DNA of 64,000 nucleotides from Octopus vulgaris (Eukaryota). Both the position numbers and the translations under genes were made by a program. The stretch lies in NCBI GenBank assembly GCA_951406725.2, contig OX597814.1, forward strand, positions 116,746,001-116,810,000. The letters run 5' to 3'. This document shows, one piece after another, positions 1 to 13,426 of the stretch. The notes below the pieces were generated by a model, which was not told where the DNA came from, ran no database searches, and was given only the letters and a program-made list of their open reading frames with translations. Within the stretch, counting starts at the first letter, position 1. Each line of letters starts with the position of its first letter.

Positions 1-300
1 TTCTTTTCTTCATCTACCTCACAATGGATTTAATGAACTTTGAACCTACTAAGACGTTTGAATCACTGAACATTTTCTTTTCCGGCTTCTCCCTCTACCT
101 TTCCCTCTATTCTCCACTTCTGTCTTCTCAGCCTTCTTCGCTCTGATGATATCTACCATTTGCAACGAGGTAAATACATATTTGCCTCAGCATGGCACAC
201 AGAAACAGCTGTAAATTCACTCTTACTCTCTCCTTGCTTAACGAACTAAATAATGGCTTTTTAGCACCAAAGACACTTCTAATTGTTGTTTTCCCTCCAT
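1..300 (+). mobile_element. Probable Penelope-like element 3' end (GIY-YIG-like ORF tail plus pLTR-like region)
   Basis: Frame ending at TGA 41-43 reads LHLPHNGFNEL*, like the PxGxN C-terminus of PLE GIY-YIG domains. It is followed by a pyrimidine-rich tract and a hammerhead-like motif. Confidence 0.45.
138..218 (+). ncRNA. Degenerate type I hammerhead ribozyme motif
   Basis: CTGATGA 143-149, internal hairpin GAGGTAAAT/ATTTGCCTC 167-188, GAAAC-AGCT-GTA 202-213. Stem I pairing is poor. Confidence 0.45.
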
Positions 301-331
301 TTTCTTATCGTATATACATATATATGTATTG

Positions 332-630
332 TGAAGGCGCATGGCTTAGTGGTTAGGGTGTTGTGCTCACAATTACGAGATCGTGGATTCGATTCCCAGA
401 CCAGGCGTTACGTTGTGTAATTGAGCAAAGCACATAATATCACGTTGCTCTGGGATCATTTCGTCATCTGACATTTGGCACGTTGTCCACCATTACAAGT
501 AATGTCGATTTGAGGGAGGGACTGATTTTACCTGTACACAAACATTCGAACACTCTGAACAAATCATCTGTGTGATCATTCGCCAAAAATCGCCGAACCC
601 ACATACGTCGCCTAACGACAGGAGGCCGAA
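332..630 (+). mobile_element. tRNA-headed SINE, diverged
   Basis: A box-like TGGCTTAGTGG and B box-like GATTCGATTCCC, followed by a body similar to the copies at 10965 and 37143. Confidence 0.6.
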
Positions 631-1409
631 GAATGTATTAACGAGAGATTTCCACTTTCATTGTAAGCAAATAGTGTAAACAGAAACAAATATGGCGTTT
701 GTACACAAGGCTGTTTAGATGTTGTTCTTTTACTAAAAGTGCATTAATAATAATGATGATATATACATTGTCGAAATAAAAGCAATTGAATGTATGGTAA
801 ACGGCACAATTCTATCACACTATTACGTTATTTTTTACATACCACGTGATGCTGTACTAATCTAATTCAAACGAATTTAATTTAAAATCATTCTGTAAAT
901 GGTAATGTAATTAATATTTAAATCTGATTAATCTTTCAGTTATGGTTTGTTATCGTTTACCTATTACTTATCAAGGAGTAGGCAGTGAAGCTTATCTGAA
1001 TAAACGTTTTAATTTTTCTGTACTCTTATGAGAGAACAAACATCTACATGAAGAAATAAATTCTGTCTCTAAGAAAAACTAAGCAAGACACATGAGTATA
1101 CTTCTAAATCTTTCTGTCATTATTAATTAAGGGCATAATAACCAGACATACTTCTTATTACATTTTCGTGAACGAATTATTTCACTTGAGTCTCTCCGGA
1201 TTGTAACGCTTTTAACGAATAGATACATTTCTGAATAACATACTACAAAGAAATGTTATTTCTGTCTATACATAATGTGACTATAAAAATTTCAATGGCG
1301 GGTTCTCATGAATAAAAATTAATTACGTTTAATATATTCGACGAATAATGCCACAACCAAGATTTTTGTCACTTTTCACTACTACAACTACTATTATTAT
1401 TTTATAGTA

Positions 1410-1410
<1 letters not shown>

Positions 1411-1477
<67 letters not shown>

Positions 1478-1841
1478 TTAAAGAAATTTCCATAACCTCA
1501 CTGAATTCACGACGGATTTATCCTTGTCCTTTCATTTAAATCCTCCTCCTCCTTCTTCTTCTTCTTCTTCTCCTTCTTCTTCTTCTCCTCCCCTCTTCTC
1601 CTTCTTTTTCTCCTTCTTCTCCTCCTTCTTCTTCTTCTCCTCCTTCTTCGTCTTCTTCGTCTTCTTCTTCGTCTTCTTCTTCTTCTTCTTCTTCTTCGTC
1701 TTCTTCTTCTTCTTCTTCGTCTTCTTCTTCTTCTTCTTCTTCTTCTTCTTCTTCTTCCTCTCCTCCTCCCCTCACCCTCCTCTCACAACTCTCCTCTCCT
1801 AACCCTCTTATCCTCCTCCTCTTATCCTCCTCCTCCACCAA

Positions 1842-1930
<89 letters not shown>
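1411..1930. repeat. Compound microsatellite (TAG)n, (TTC/TCC)n, (TAC)n
   Basis: Directly visible: TAG run 1411-1476, TTC-rich 1541-1760, TAC run 1845-1930. Confidence 0.95.
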
Positions 1931-2076
1931 AGCAATACACAATTACAAAAACAAAACACTATGCGACGAAAGTCTATACTGAAAAGTAGAGAGACCGTGG
2001 TATGTAAAATCGCTTACACTTGGCCCCAAACTTTCTGTTAATGAATATCGTGTTGTGTAATATGCTTTTATCAAAG

Positions 2077-2274
2077 TATAGCAACGGTCCACTTGGAACA
2101 ACAAATGTCTGGGTCAGGGCAAGGTATCTATTCGTTCAAATACCTTCATAGCAACATCAAGAATATGTGTTTGTAGGTCTGCGTCTGGTGAATCAGAGTT
2201 GGCATAGGGCTGCAAAACAACAATACCATTTTCATAATTAACAAGAAAGTGGCAACTACGTGATTATTCGGCAG
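2077..2274 (+). pseudogene. Possible decayed thrombospondin type-1 (TSP1) exon
   Basis: Frame from 2079 reads *QRSTWNNKCLGQG...TSRICVCRSASGESELA*GCK...TRKWQLRDYSA and ends at a phase-1 donor G|GTAAGT at 2274/2275. It contains stops. Confidence 0.3.
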
Positions 2275-2722
2275 GTAAGTGTAGAAATCAGACTAAAAAA
2301 ATAAAAAAAAAACAGAAGAGAAACCACGGAAGATACATTAAATAATTTAGACTCAAATTCACCACGTTCTAAATGAAAGCCTATATGTACAATAAAGTGA
2401 ATGTTAAAATCTCAGAACCTCTTCCATCTTATGTACAACGTGCCCTGGATAAATTTGCGTTCTTTATGTCTCGCTTTTGTAGGAATTCGTTGATGTATTG
2501 ATGAACAGTCAATGACGTCGGAGAGTATAACGATTAAGGTTATAGTTAAGAAATATTCAGCTGACAAAGATGGGGGAGCCATTCTGAGTATCGGATAAGA
2601 GTTACTTGTAGCATGATAATTCAAGTCATGTAATAAAATGCCGTCATGATGAGTGGTGCTCAATACTCTGCGAACATTCACCTAATAAATGATGAACAGG
2701 GACTTTAAATCAATTCACACAG

Positions 2723-2885
2723 CTCTGTGGAGTTAATGGAGTGTGTGATCAAACTCTGGTTGAAGTGGTTTGCTGCTGGGCGGCCATATATATCGCACCA
2801 GCATTTGTGTCCTCGTCATTTCTACGGAAAGTGTTACAAAGAATTGTTAGAGAATTTCTACAACTTCAACATCCCCAATTTCCGC
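2723..2885 (+). pseudogene. Possible decayed TSP1 exon
   Basis: After acceptor CACAG (2722), phase 1 reads LWS*WSV*SNSG*SGLLLGGHIYRTSIC, then after a frameshift PRHFYGKCYKELLENFYNFNIP. This fits WSxWSxWSxCxxxC..G...RTRxC..P..G..C....E...CN. Confidence 0.4.
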
Positions 2886-3778
2886 TCTCCTAATCCCACT
2901 GTTTGTAATCCTATTATGTAGGGCGTGGTTGAGAGAGACACCAACCGTTCTGCCTGCAACATCAAGGCAGAACTGGTAGCGAAGAGCAATGAGGTATTCG
3001 AGGATTTTCTCAAGCAATGAATGCACTGAGGTCGGCCGCCAAGTGTAAACTGATTTCTCCTAGGCAAAATCTAGTTGATTTTAAAATTCATTGTTCGATG
3101 ATATAATGTTTTCTTTTCATTTATGACAACTATCAAATGTAGCCCGAACGCCCTGTGAGATATAGTTGCTAAACTTCATCAAAAATATTCCTATTGCTTT
3201 AAACAAGTACATGGAATAATGTAGTTTTGCCACCGTATCCATGATAAAGAAAAGCAAAAATGAAATAGATAAAATAATAACAGCATCAATAATTTCTGCG
3301 TATGTGTGAGTAAAATGAAGGCTGATCTGGTGGTTAAACCACAACTGTCTAGACTGCATTCATACTTCAACTTCCAACTCATATTTGAAGAGAGTAATGG
3401 TTTTACTACGTATAGTATATCTGCATAATTTCCTGTAGCAAAGAAATTATGACATACCACCGCAGCTGCAGCTACCAGCATCAGCCCTAGAACCACCATG
3501 AAAAGCAGCGACACCCTCCTCCCCTTCGCCTCCTCATCCCCTCATAATCCTCCTCCTCTTCTCCTCCTCCCATCTCCCTCATCATCATCATTATCACCAT
3601 CATCAAGAACAAGAACAATAAAAACACCATATGAAAATATGGTATATGATCTGCCAATCTCTCATTCACTCCATCCGTCTTCCTCCCACTGAAACTCTAT
3701 CACTTTTTTGAATTCATGCACATAAGGATACAAACACAAAGCAAGCATATATAAATATATACTGACATACATACATAC

Positions 3779-3842
<64 letters not shown>

Positions 3843-3850
3843 GTATATAT

Positions 3851-3885
<35 letters not shown>

Positions 3886-3890
<5 letters not shown>

Positions 3891-4259
3891 ATATAAACGG
3901 CAGTTTGTCTGTGCGTGTTTCTGTGTGTCTGTTTGCTTGTACCCTCACCCTGACCACGGCTTTCAACTGATTCTGATGAAACTTGACACACACATAGCCC
4001 AATGTCATAATTCAAAACTAACGCACCGAAAATTTTGAAAAGTTCCCCCAGTTCTGAAAAAAATCGATAAATTCGACATGGGGTCGAGAATCAGGAATAC
4101 GAACCACAAACTGTGTAGGGGACGCAACTCTACCTTTTTTAAATCTCAAAAAGAAATTTAATATCATTTTTTTCCATTTTTTTGCTATTTTTTGGCTATA
4201 ACTCTCTAAAAATGCTTTATAGTTATACAAACCTGAGCAACGCCGGGCGATACTGCTAG
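3886..4259 (+). mobile_element. Non-autonomous Helitron
   Basis: A|TC start at 3886, subterminal hairpin CCTGAGCAACGCCGGG, CTAG|T end at 4259, no TSD. Confidence 0.75.
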
Positions 4260-4818
4260 TTTAGTATGAAAGATTAAGAAAATGAGAGAGACTGAAACAA
4301 CGTGTTAACGATACGAGATACTTTATTCGACTGCCGTGTTGTACAAGTTAATTGTTGAAAGTCCTTTTATCAAGGGAGACAATGGGCGACGTTGATTGTT
4401 CATGTTTGTTGTGATGATTATATAACACTTATGACGTTATATCATATAACGTTTTTTTAAACAATATTAATAGCGTTCTGTCAATCGCTATACAAATCCA
4501 TCATTTTTTGCTAAAATGTCTTATTGACGAGTTTCGTTTTTTTCACTTTCCCGAAGAGAAGATTGCATTATTTATACCATTTATTCTTTTGAATAGTATC
4601 AGTGGAATTTTCGAAACGTATCGAAAGTAAAAATATTTGATTACACCTGCGTTAAACTCCATTTATTTATTCATATATTATTCAAAATATTCAACGTAAA
4701 CACGAAGTTTCTACCTTTATAAACAAGGAGTTACAACACCTTTACTTGTGAGATTTTTGCTGCCCTGGTAACTATTTTTTTTTCCGTGTTAATTGTTAAC
4801 AAGGTAAAAATACACTCA

Positions 4819-5006
<188 letters not shown>

Positions 5007-6311
5007 ATTGGCAGAGCTTGGAGAAATGAGTTTTCAGTCAAGTACATCAGTCTTGGACTCTGATCTATAAACAGAGGCCTTTAAATACCCTTTAAATCCA
5101 CTTTCCATGCTGGCATGGGTTGGATGGGTCATTAGTATCTAAGTCATTTCTTACTGGGAGCTACAACACCCAAAGACCGGTGACTGTATGTGTTATTGGG
5201 TTTGGATGCCATTCCTATCACCAACTACTTTACAGAGTGTGCTGGGTACATTTTCTCATGGCAACCTTAATGAAATCTTATCTCACCTTGTAAGATCACT
5301 TTTAGAGGACCTCGTTATAACAAGTAACAGTGTGTGGGCTTTTATATGGTTGCTCAACCTGCTAGCAATAGTGAAATCTCCCATAAATCACACATAAATG
5401 AGAAGGACATGTTTGCCAGTCTTAAATATACAAAATAATAGGATAGTCATGGTTAGATTGCTTTTGATTATGGGTCTTCTCAACACAGGGCTGAAATAGA
5501 GCAAAATTACAGTGAAGGAACTTCTATGTGGTTACATTACCTGCTAAAAATAATGACCAAATCTCCCTCAAATCACATCTTGTCATCTTAAAAGAAGGAT
5601 ACAGTGGATAATGTAATCCTAGATATACATGTGCAAAACAACAACAACAACAAAAAAGACAGATGGTCATGGATGGAATGCCTTTGATCCTAGGCTTTGT
5701 GGATCCAGACTGAAATTTGCACTAAACAAGGACTACGGCAACAAAACAAAAATGAAGTGGGGATGGCGACTGTTATCAGACCAACAGACTGAGCTGAAAT
5801 AAATAAAGCCTCTTGCTTAGCACTCTAATACAGTGCATATAGCAACATGTTGAAATCCATTTTTTAAAAACATTTTAGCATTTAATCCAACCATATGCAT
5901 CCAATCCAAATATTGTTTTATGTTTAAAACAGCCAGAATCGGCCTCTCACACCTACCCTACAATGTTGTTCTAAAAATAAGTAATTGCATCATTGAAATC
6001 TTGAAGCTAGGAGATAATTCAGGATTAATTCAAAACAATAGGAATAAATAAGCATTACTTTTGACAAAATGACCAAGAACTACACACATATGTATTGATA
6101 ATGTTGTTGTTTAACCCCGGGTCATGTGATCAACAATATTTCCTGTCATGAACATCATCCCTTTTTGTATATCATGAACAACATTATTCAGTTTTATCCT
6201 TTCATTAAGGTAATAGACATGACTTTAGAGACAGTGGAGATTTGACTGCTATTTCTAGCAGATCGGACGTCTACACAGAGTCTCTGTATTTATCTCATTG
6301 TATTGTTTACA

Positions 6312-6697
6312 TCTTTATATATAAAAGTGAAGTTGTGTGTCTGTCTCCTACGATTTAGATTCCTAACTCCTCCCACATTTTGCGGTGCAGTTTAACCAAA
6401 ACCGGGTATCTTATAGTCGTGATTCATATCGAGCCCTTCTGGGTATTAGCGCGCGTCTACGATGAGTCTACGATTTAAAAAAAATTTACCATCATTTTTT
6501 CTATTTTAATGCATTTTTTCGCTATTACATAAGGGAAGTAACTCTCTAAAAATGTCTACGATGAGTCAATGATTTAAAAAAAAAATTACCATCATTTTTT
6601 TTCCATTTTTTTTGCTATTTTTTGGCTATAACTCTCTAAAAATGCTTATATAGTTATTTCCCTTACAAATCCGAGCAACGCCGGGCGATACTGCTAG
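6312..6697 (+). mobile_element. Non-autonomous Helitron sharing its 3' end with 3886-4259
   Basis: A|TC at 6312, CCGAGCAACGCCGGGCGATACTG-CTAG|T at 6697, and an internal ~100-bp tandem duplication (6456 vs 6556). Confidence 0.75.
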
Positions 6698-8007
6698 TAT
6701 ATATATATATATGCATACATACATTTATTCGTTCATATATACATTCATGATAGATACGTACATTCATTAATGTAATGGCATGCACATGCATACGTGCATG
6801 AATACACGCATATGTGCATGCTTACACGCATATAAGTCTTTTAAACTTACAGTTTTCTTAGGTTCTACGTCCATGATCTCAGGTTTACTTAAAGGTATAA
6901 AAAAACATAAAATTTTGATTTAAGGAAGTTTCAGGATGTAAAATGAAACCAAAATTTTTGGCAAAATCAAAACTAAAGAAATATAACGTAAACGACTGTC
7001 AAAATATATGAAAGGATAAGAAATAATATTCTACAGATAAAATTACTGTTAACATAAATTCTAGCGTTATAAACAAACACATATATTTTTTGAGAATAAG
7101 TGAAGAAACGGAAATTAACGAAAAATAATAAAACTGCACTTCGCTATATCTTCAGCTTCTTACAATTTTCTCACCAAGGTATTGACTTGGAAACTGACGA
7201 CCGATATGGAGCTTGTAAAATAAAAGTCGTCCCTGATGCTGTGCAATAAAAAATGCTAGCGACAAACTGTAATGTCGTACGTTGGCGGATGGAGATGTAC
7301 AATGTAAGTGTCATGGTTGAGTGATAATAGTGTTTAACTCGAATTGTTCTTTCTTTCAGTTTTTTTTTCTTATTTTGACTGTTTACTTTACAGTGTTTTA
7401 TAACCGTACATTTTTTTATACAGTATCTATATTTCCAATAAATGTCTTACATGCCAGATTTTTACAAGAGTTACAGTTTCAATAACATCCGTCTATTTTT
7501 AGGGGAATCTTACAGACATTTTAAATCTTTTGGATAAAGAATAGTTTTCATCTGATTAACAAAAAATACAAGAAAGCAATCTCGTATCACTCTAAGTTTC
7601 TTTTGTCGTAAAATCTTTGGATGGCTTTAGGAAAAAAACCAAAACCACCACGAAAAGAAGAATTTTAAACCAATAATTCTGATATGTTTATAATACTCTT
7701 GCAAAAGTATTGCCTTGACAAACAATGTTGCTTTAAAGATTAAAGTTTTATAACATTTATAGAACATGGTAATGTTTTAATATTATAATGCATGGAAAGT
7801 ATTACAAGAAGTAAGTCGTATTAGAAAAGTGTTTCGGTCAGAAATTATATTTTTGAGTACAGATTTATAATGTAATTTTATATTTACATCATATAAAAAT
7901 GTTACTTTTAGCATCAAGTCATCCTTATCTGGCAGATTCGACTGAATTATGGACACATCGGTCTTACCGTGACCATAACATACTTTATTCTGCCTCAATA
8001 CATACAG

Positions 8008-8297
8008 AACCGAATAATGTAACATATTTCTCCAGTTCATAGGTATATAAAATGGAATTTGAGATGGGTCTGGTTATTATTTCTTGATGGTTAAGTACCA
8101 GTATCCAAATTCCCTTGTTCGTTCATTAAATAAAGCAAATTATTGACAGTAAATGTAATGATCGCATAATAACGGTTTCATATATAAAGATGATCTCAAT
8201 ATAACCTGCAATAAAATTGCACGTGAAATAGGATGTACGCGCCTCTATCGCAACCAATTTTTACACTCACCTGTAAATATGCATCACCGTTCAAGCG
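8008..8297 (+). pseudogene. Possible decayed immunoglobulin I-set exon
   Basis: After CAG (8007), one frame reads PNNVTYFSSS*VYKMEFEMGLVIIS*WLSTSIQIPLFVH*IKQ...NDRIITVS...LHVK*DVRASIATNFYTHL*ICITVQ. Stops fall at the expected Cys and Trp positions, and the tail resembles GxYxCxATNxYG. Confidence 0.3.
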
Positions 8298-10863
8298 TGA
8301 TAATATAATAACCGGAAGTTAGATATTTCATAACTCTAAAACATTCCGAAGAAACGATGTGCCATCTCTTGATACTTGTTGTCTTTATCAAAATCCATTT
8401 TATGACAAGATACATTTAGGGTCAGATATCAGGTCTCAGAAAATCTTTCTCCAATTCGAAAATACCACTCGAACATCACAGACGATTCCCTTCCTCCTTC
8501 AAGAAGCCATAAAACTGCTATTTTTGGTTTTCCCATTCCTGAGAGCATGACGAATATAAGTGAAGTGGTAACACTCATAAATCAAGAAAACCTGTTCGCT
8601 GTCATCTTATCGTTAAGCTTCTAACCAACGATAGATTACACAAACAAATAAATATATTTCAACGAATACGTACAATATATATCTAAAATGTATTTTTGTA
8701 TTAGTTTTAAATTTTTACATTTGGCGAAATATTACATGGCTTGTTATTATATGTTTTGTACTAGCCATTCACTCTAATAATATATTTTTGACAGCGATGG
8801 ACCAAAAGTTTATCTGCAATTCGATGCAGAAAATGTATGCACACGATTGAATTAAGGAAGACCATAACCGTATATGAGACTCATATTAAGTAGACAAACA
8901 TATGATTAGAAATCGATAATTTTATTGTCTTTGTAGTACTTGAATAAGGTGATACTCATGACCTTCGAAATTCCTCCGAGATCAGTGAGACTGAAGTCGC
9001 TAACATACCACTTGATGTGTCACTTGTTGACATTTACAGAAAAAACAAAACCCTTTAAGAATGCGTTAAATTTTCTTTATTGTTATAAGTGTTGACGATA
9101 TACGATATATATTCATCTATCCATATGTCGAATCACGTCTTTCAAATTATATGTGGAAAGCAAAACATAATGGAAGGTGACTATCGTTAATGGCATTTTA
9201 ACATTCAGAATAGCTGGATGTTTTCTTTTCATTATTCCTACATCTTTCAGAGAACATCAGATACATTATGTAGGAAATAAACTGTTTCAGCCAATTGATA
9301 GTTCGAAATTCATTAATAGACATTGAAGAAAATATTTGTAAGACTATATTAATAACAACCTTTCCTACAAAATACATAAAAGCTACAGAAGGTTTTTATG
9401 ACAATTGTATTTTATGAAAATGAAATATTTTCACAAGATGGTAGTTATAAGACTCTCAATAAAATCGGTGAAAATATCTATATGAATTCACCGATTCATA
9501 TCTTTTGTCCATAATTTAAAAGGTTATTATCAGGTTGCTTGTTTCTTCGGGAGAGAAAGATCACGGCTTAAAGTTACTGATGCAGAGGTGTGTATGTTGT
9601 TTAACAGTCCAATATACTTCATAATGGCTGTTACTTATTATCCTCCTTTAAACTCTAAATATATTTGGACAGTCATGTCGTGAGGCTTCTTTTTGAGAGC
9701 TGAAGATATATACAGAGCACGTGATTCATTTTAAAACAAATTCATATTGAATACTATTTTGATCTTAGTTACCGTTTTGCTTTTAAGATACTATCTGGAT
9801 AAGAAAAATTGGTTTACAACAATAATAACGATCCAAGGGCATTGAGAAGAACACTTTTACTCAATCTGTCTATAAATTTCTTTCGGCAATACTAGTTATG
9901 AAAGCACTAGCGGTTTCCCTGAAGCTGTAGCTAACCTTCGGCCGAATTTCATGAAAACTTTGGTATAGATAGTTTTGCTTACTTAGATTGTTTCACAAAA
10001 TCCCGGCAATATGGTAACGAATCATTAAATCATAAGCATGATTATACGACAAAATATTTCGTTCATCAATTTTATGTTTTGAATATGTTGACGTCCTGTT
10101 TATAATACTCACATCTTTAAATCTTCTATATTTTAATGCGTCTTTGCCATTGTAATAATTGCTGAAATGGTTAAAGCCTTCCTTCTCATATGATAAGTTG
10201 TATATGAATAAAGAAGCTTTTATCAATTACCATATCCATATACTGAAAGAATGCAATTAATATAAATATCTGTATTTTAATATACTGCAAATTCTCTTTA
10301 AAAATGTACTTCAGGGACAATATTTACCTTCATGTAAACCTAGGACTTTATCATATATAAGCTATATTTCAATTAATTTCTCCTATGAAATTTCATCTAA
10401 TTCTTTGAATAAGCGTTCAGTAAGCAGAGCGAATCAACCATATCAACAAATATTGTGTGCTAATTCTTATTAAATAAATAGTCAATAACGTTAGAAGCGA
10501 AAAAAACTCTACTTACAGATATATCTTCCGAAATAACTCTCAACTATATACTCTCTTCAATTCAAACCTCAGAAATATCATAGGATCCTATGGGGTTATT
10601 GTAATTCGTAGCTAGTGTGTTTACTCGCAAAATAGTTACCGTCAACTAACGAACATATCATAGCTAATTAAATTAATCTAACAAACAATGTCTAAAACAT
10701 ATTCAGAACAGGAATTAGTTTAAAACCAAAAACAATCTACTTTATGGAAACGCTTAAATTTACGAGGACGTATGCTCTCTGTTATTGGAACAGACGGAAG
10801 TAGTAAACTTATATCATTCAGAAGGGAAGTTAACTGTTACAATTCATGAATAGACAAACAAAC

Positions 10864-10864
<1 letters not shown>

Positions 10865-10902
<38 letters not shown>

Positions 10903-10929
10903 AGATAGATAGATAGATAAATAGATAGC

Positions 10930-10963
<34 letters not shown>
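10865..10963. repeat. (GATA)n microsatellite
   Basis: Directly visible. Confidence 0.95.
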
Positions 10964-10964
10964 T

Positions 10965-11110
10965 AAGGCGCGTGACCTAGGGACTAGGGCAGTGCACTCG
11001 CGAGATCATGATTTCGATTCCGAGAACGCCTGTGCTTTGTGCTCTTGAGCAAACACTTTATTGCACGCTGCTCCAGTCCACTCAGTTATAAATGAGCACC
11101 CTTGTGACAG
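10965..11110 (+). mobile_element. tRNA-headed SINE fragment
   Basis: Degenerate A/B boxes, then TTGAGCAAACACTTTATTGCACGCTGCTCCAGTCCACTCAG shared with the 37143 copy. Confidence 0.55.
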
Positions 11111-11635
11111 ATGGGTGTACAAAGGTGAAACGGTGACACAGGAAAATCACTGGAGCCACGTTTTCTATTCAGCGATCGAAAGGATGAATAGTACAATCCG
11201 CACTATGAATACCGACTGGTTGGGATTGGTCGCTCAACCGTGTGAAAGGTTGAAACATATTTATCAGAAAGACAGTATTTCGTTAGCCTTTGTAGCTGGT
11301 TCGAAGATCTGGTGACTGGCAGATGCAATAATGGGAATTAGACAAACAGGTGAGCAATCTAGCAAATAGGCAACAATTAATATTAAAATCTAGGCACTAC
11401 ATAGATAAATTAATTGAAACTATCAGCATCGCGTAATCGAATATCTATATCGTAGAGAAAAATTTAGTATTCTTACATATATAGTAAGGATGCTTCGATC
11501 CCACGTTCTTCCGCAGAAAAGATTGAGAAGAAAACAATGAAGAGAGAAAGGAAAAAATCGGCGAGTGAGAAAATAATGTGTAGGGATTCAGCATGATGAA
11601 ATATATATAATAATCAACCAGAAGGAATACGGATG

Positions 11636-11829
11636 GACATTAATTTTTTAATCACTACAATTGTATCCACGCAACGTAGTTCTCCATGTGCGCAGGTACG
11701 TGATTATGCCACCGCTTCCCTGAACCTATGGGATCTCATAATGCATGGAAGCGGTTGCATAATCAAGTACCTGCACATCTGGAAAACTGCATTAGTGGGG
11801 TGGGGTGCAGTAATTAAAAAATAAATGTC
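11636..11829. repeat. Imperfect inverted repeat (~86-bp arms)
   Basis: 11636-11722 is the reverse complement of 11744-11829 (e.g. GCAGGTACGTGATTATGCCACCGCTTCC / GGAAGCGGTTGCATAATCAAGTACCTGC). Confidence 0.8.
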
Positions 11830-12360
11830 TACAGTACTCTTCCTTCCTGGCTCCAATTTTTTTCAATTATATGTTCACACGTGACAGATGGCCAAGCGCC
11901 AACCTGGAAGTACGTATAAGATTACTACTGGATAGCAAACATATGTATGTATATATACACGAGAAGACTCCACGTGTATACATGATGGAGGAAGTTCGGT
12001 GTAAGAAATGAAGAAGTAATACAGTGCTGAGAAGGAGGACCTGAAGCTAAACGCAAAATTATATAAGTAAAAATGATCAAGCAAGTGAAGGAGGTAAAGA
12101 AATATGTGGAAAGGTCTAAAAAATACGAGAGTGGGTAGAAAGCCATTCAGACGGTATGAAATAGGAAAAAAGCTGACATAGTATTAATCAAATAAACCAA
12201 AGTAGAAGAATGTTGGGAGGTGAGGTGAGATCAAAGAAGAATTAAAGAGGAAGAGATTACGGAAGGAGTTAACAAAACAAACCCTGCTGTGTAGATGTCA
12301 GCTCTAGTTTCTAACAGCGTGAATAATTTATAATTATCCAAGCCAGAGAAGAAATATAGA

Positions 12361-13110
12361 TTCCAAATTTTGGCACAAGGTCAGCAATTTTAGAGGAAGG
12401 GATAAATCGATTACATTGACCTCAGTTTCCATCTGGTACAAATGTTATTGACTCCGGAAGGATGAAAGGCGCAGTCAGCCTCGGTGGCAGTTGAACTCAG
12501 AACATTAAGACTGAAGAAATGCTGATTAGAATTTCTACATCACGGTGAGAGTTCTACCATCTCGCCGACTTAATCGTTTCTACTCTAGGCACCATGTCCG
12601 AAATTTTCGGGAGGTGGGCAGTCGATTAGATGGACCTCAGTATGTAACTGGTACTTAATTTATCGACTCCTCAAGGATGAAAGGCAAAGTCGATCTCGGT
12701 AGAATTTGAAGTCAGAACGTAAAGACAGAGGAAATACCTATTTCTTTACTACCCAGAAGGGGCTGAACACAGAGAGGACAAACAAGAACAGACAAACGGA
12801 TTAAGTCGATTATATCGACCCCAGTGCGCAACTGGTACTTAATTTATCGACCCCGAAAGGATGAAAGGCAAAGATGACCTCAGCGGAATTTGAACTCATA
12901 ACGTAACGGCTACCATTTCGCCGGGCATGCTAACATTTTTGCCAGCTTGTCGACTTATCTCGCCGACTTATTTGAGACATATTTGTTTCTACTCTAGGCA
13001 CAATTTTTGGGGAGCGGGACAGTCGATTAGATCGACCACAGCACATAATTGTTACTTAATTTATCGACCCCGAAAAGATGAAAGGCATTTCTGCCAGCTC
13101 GCCACCTTAT
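12361..13110 (-). mobile_element. Cluster of about four tandem/nested SINE-A copies (tRNA head plus Deu/Nin-like central domain)
   Basis: Repeated GATGAAAGGCAAAGTCGACCTCGGCGGAATTTGAACTCAGAAC-like motif near 12461, 12676, 12860 and 13078. Confidence 0.85.
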
Positions 13111-13227
13111 CTCGCCGTCTTATTCGAGAAATATTAATATAATGTAAACAACGAATAGGAGAAGAAAGAGGACAAAATGTAGAAGAAATAACGTTGGAGG
13201 AATAAAGTAAATATATAATCATTGGTT

Positions 13228-13385
13228 CAGGCGTGGCTTTGTGGTAAGAAGCTTGCTTCCCAACCACATGGTCACGGTTTCAGTCCCGTTGAATGGCACC
13301 TTGCGCAAGTTTCTTCTGTTATAGCTACAGGCTGACCAAACCCTTGAGAACGGACTTCATAGACGGGAACTGAATGAATCCCGTC

Positions 13386-13426
<41 letters not shown>

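Noticed and set aside
1524-1940. Poly-F/poly-E/poly-V ORFs and the many YI, TH, SIYL, poly-N and poly-I ORFs elsewhere
   Set aside because: Translations of microsatellites with no coding signal.
3970-3990. CTGATGAAAC inside the Helitron
   Set aside because: No room for stem II; chance match.
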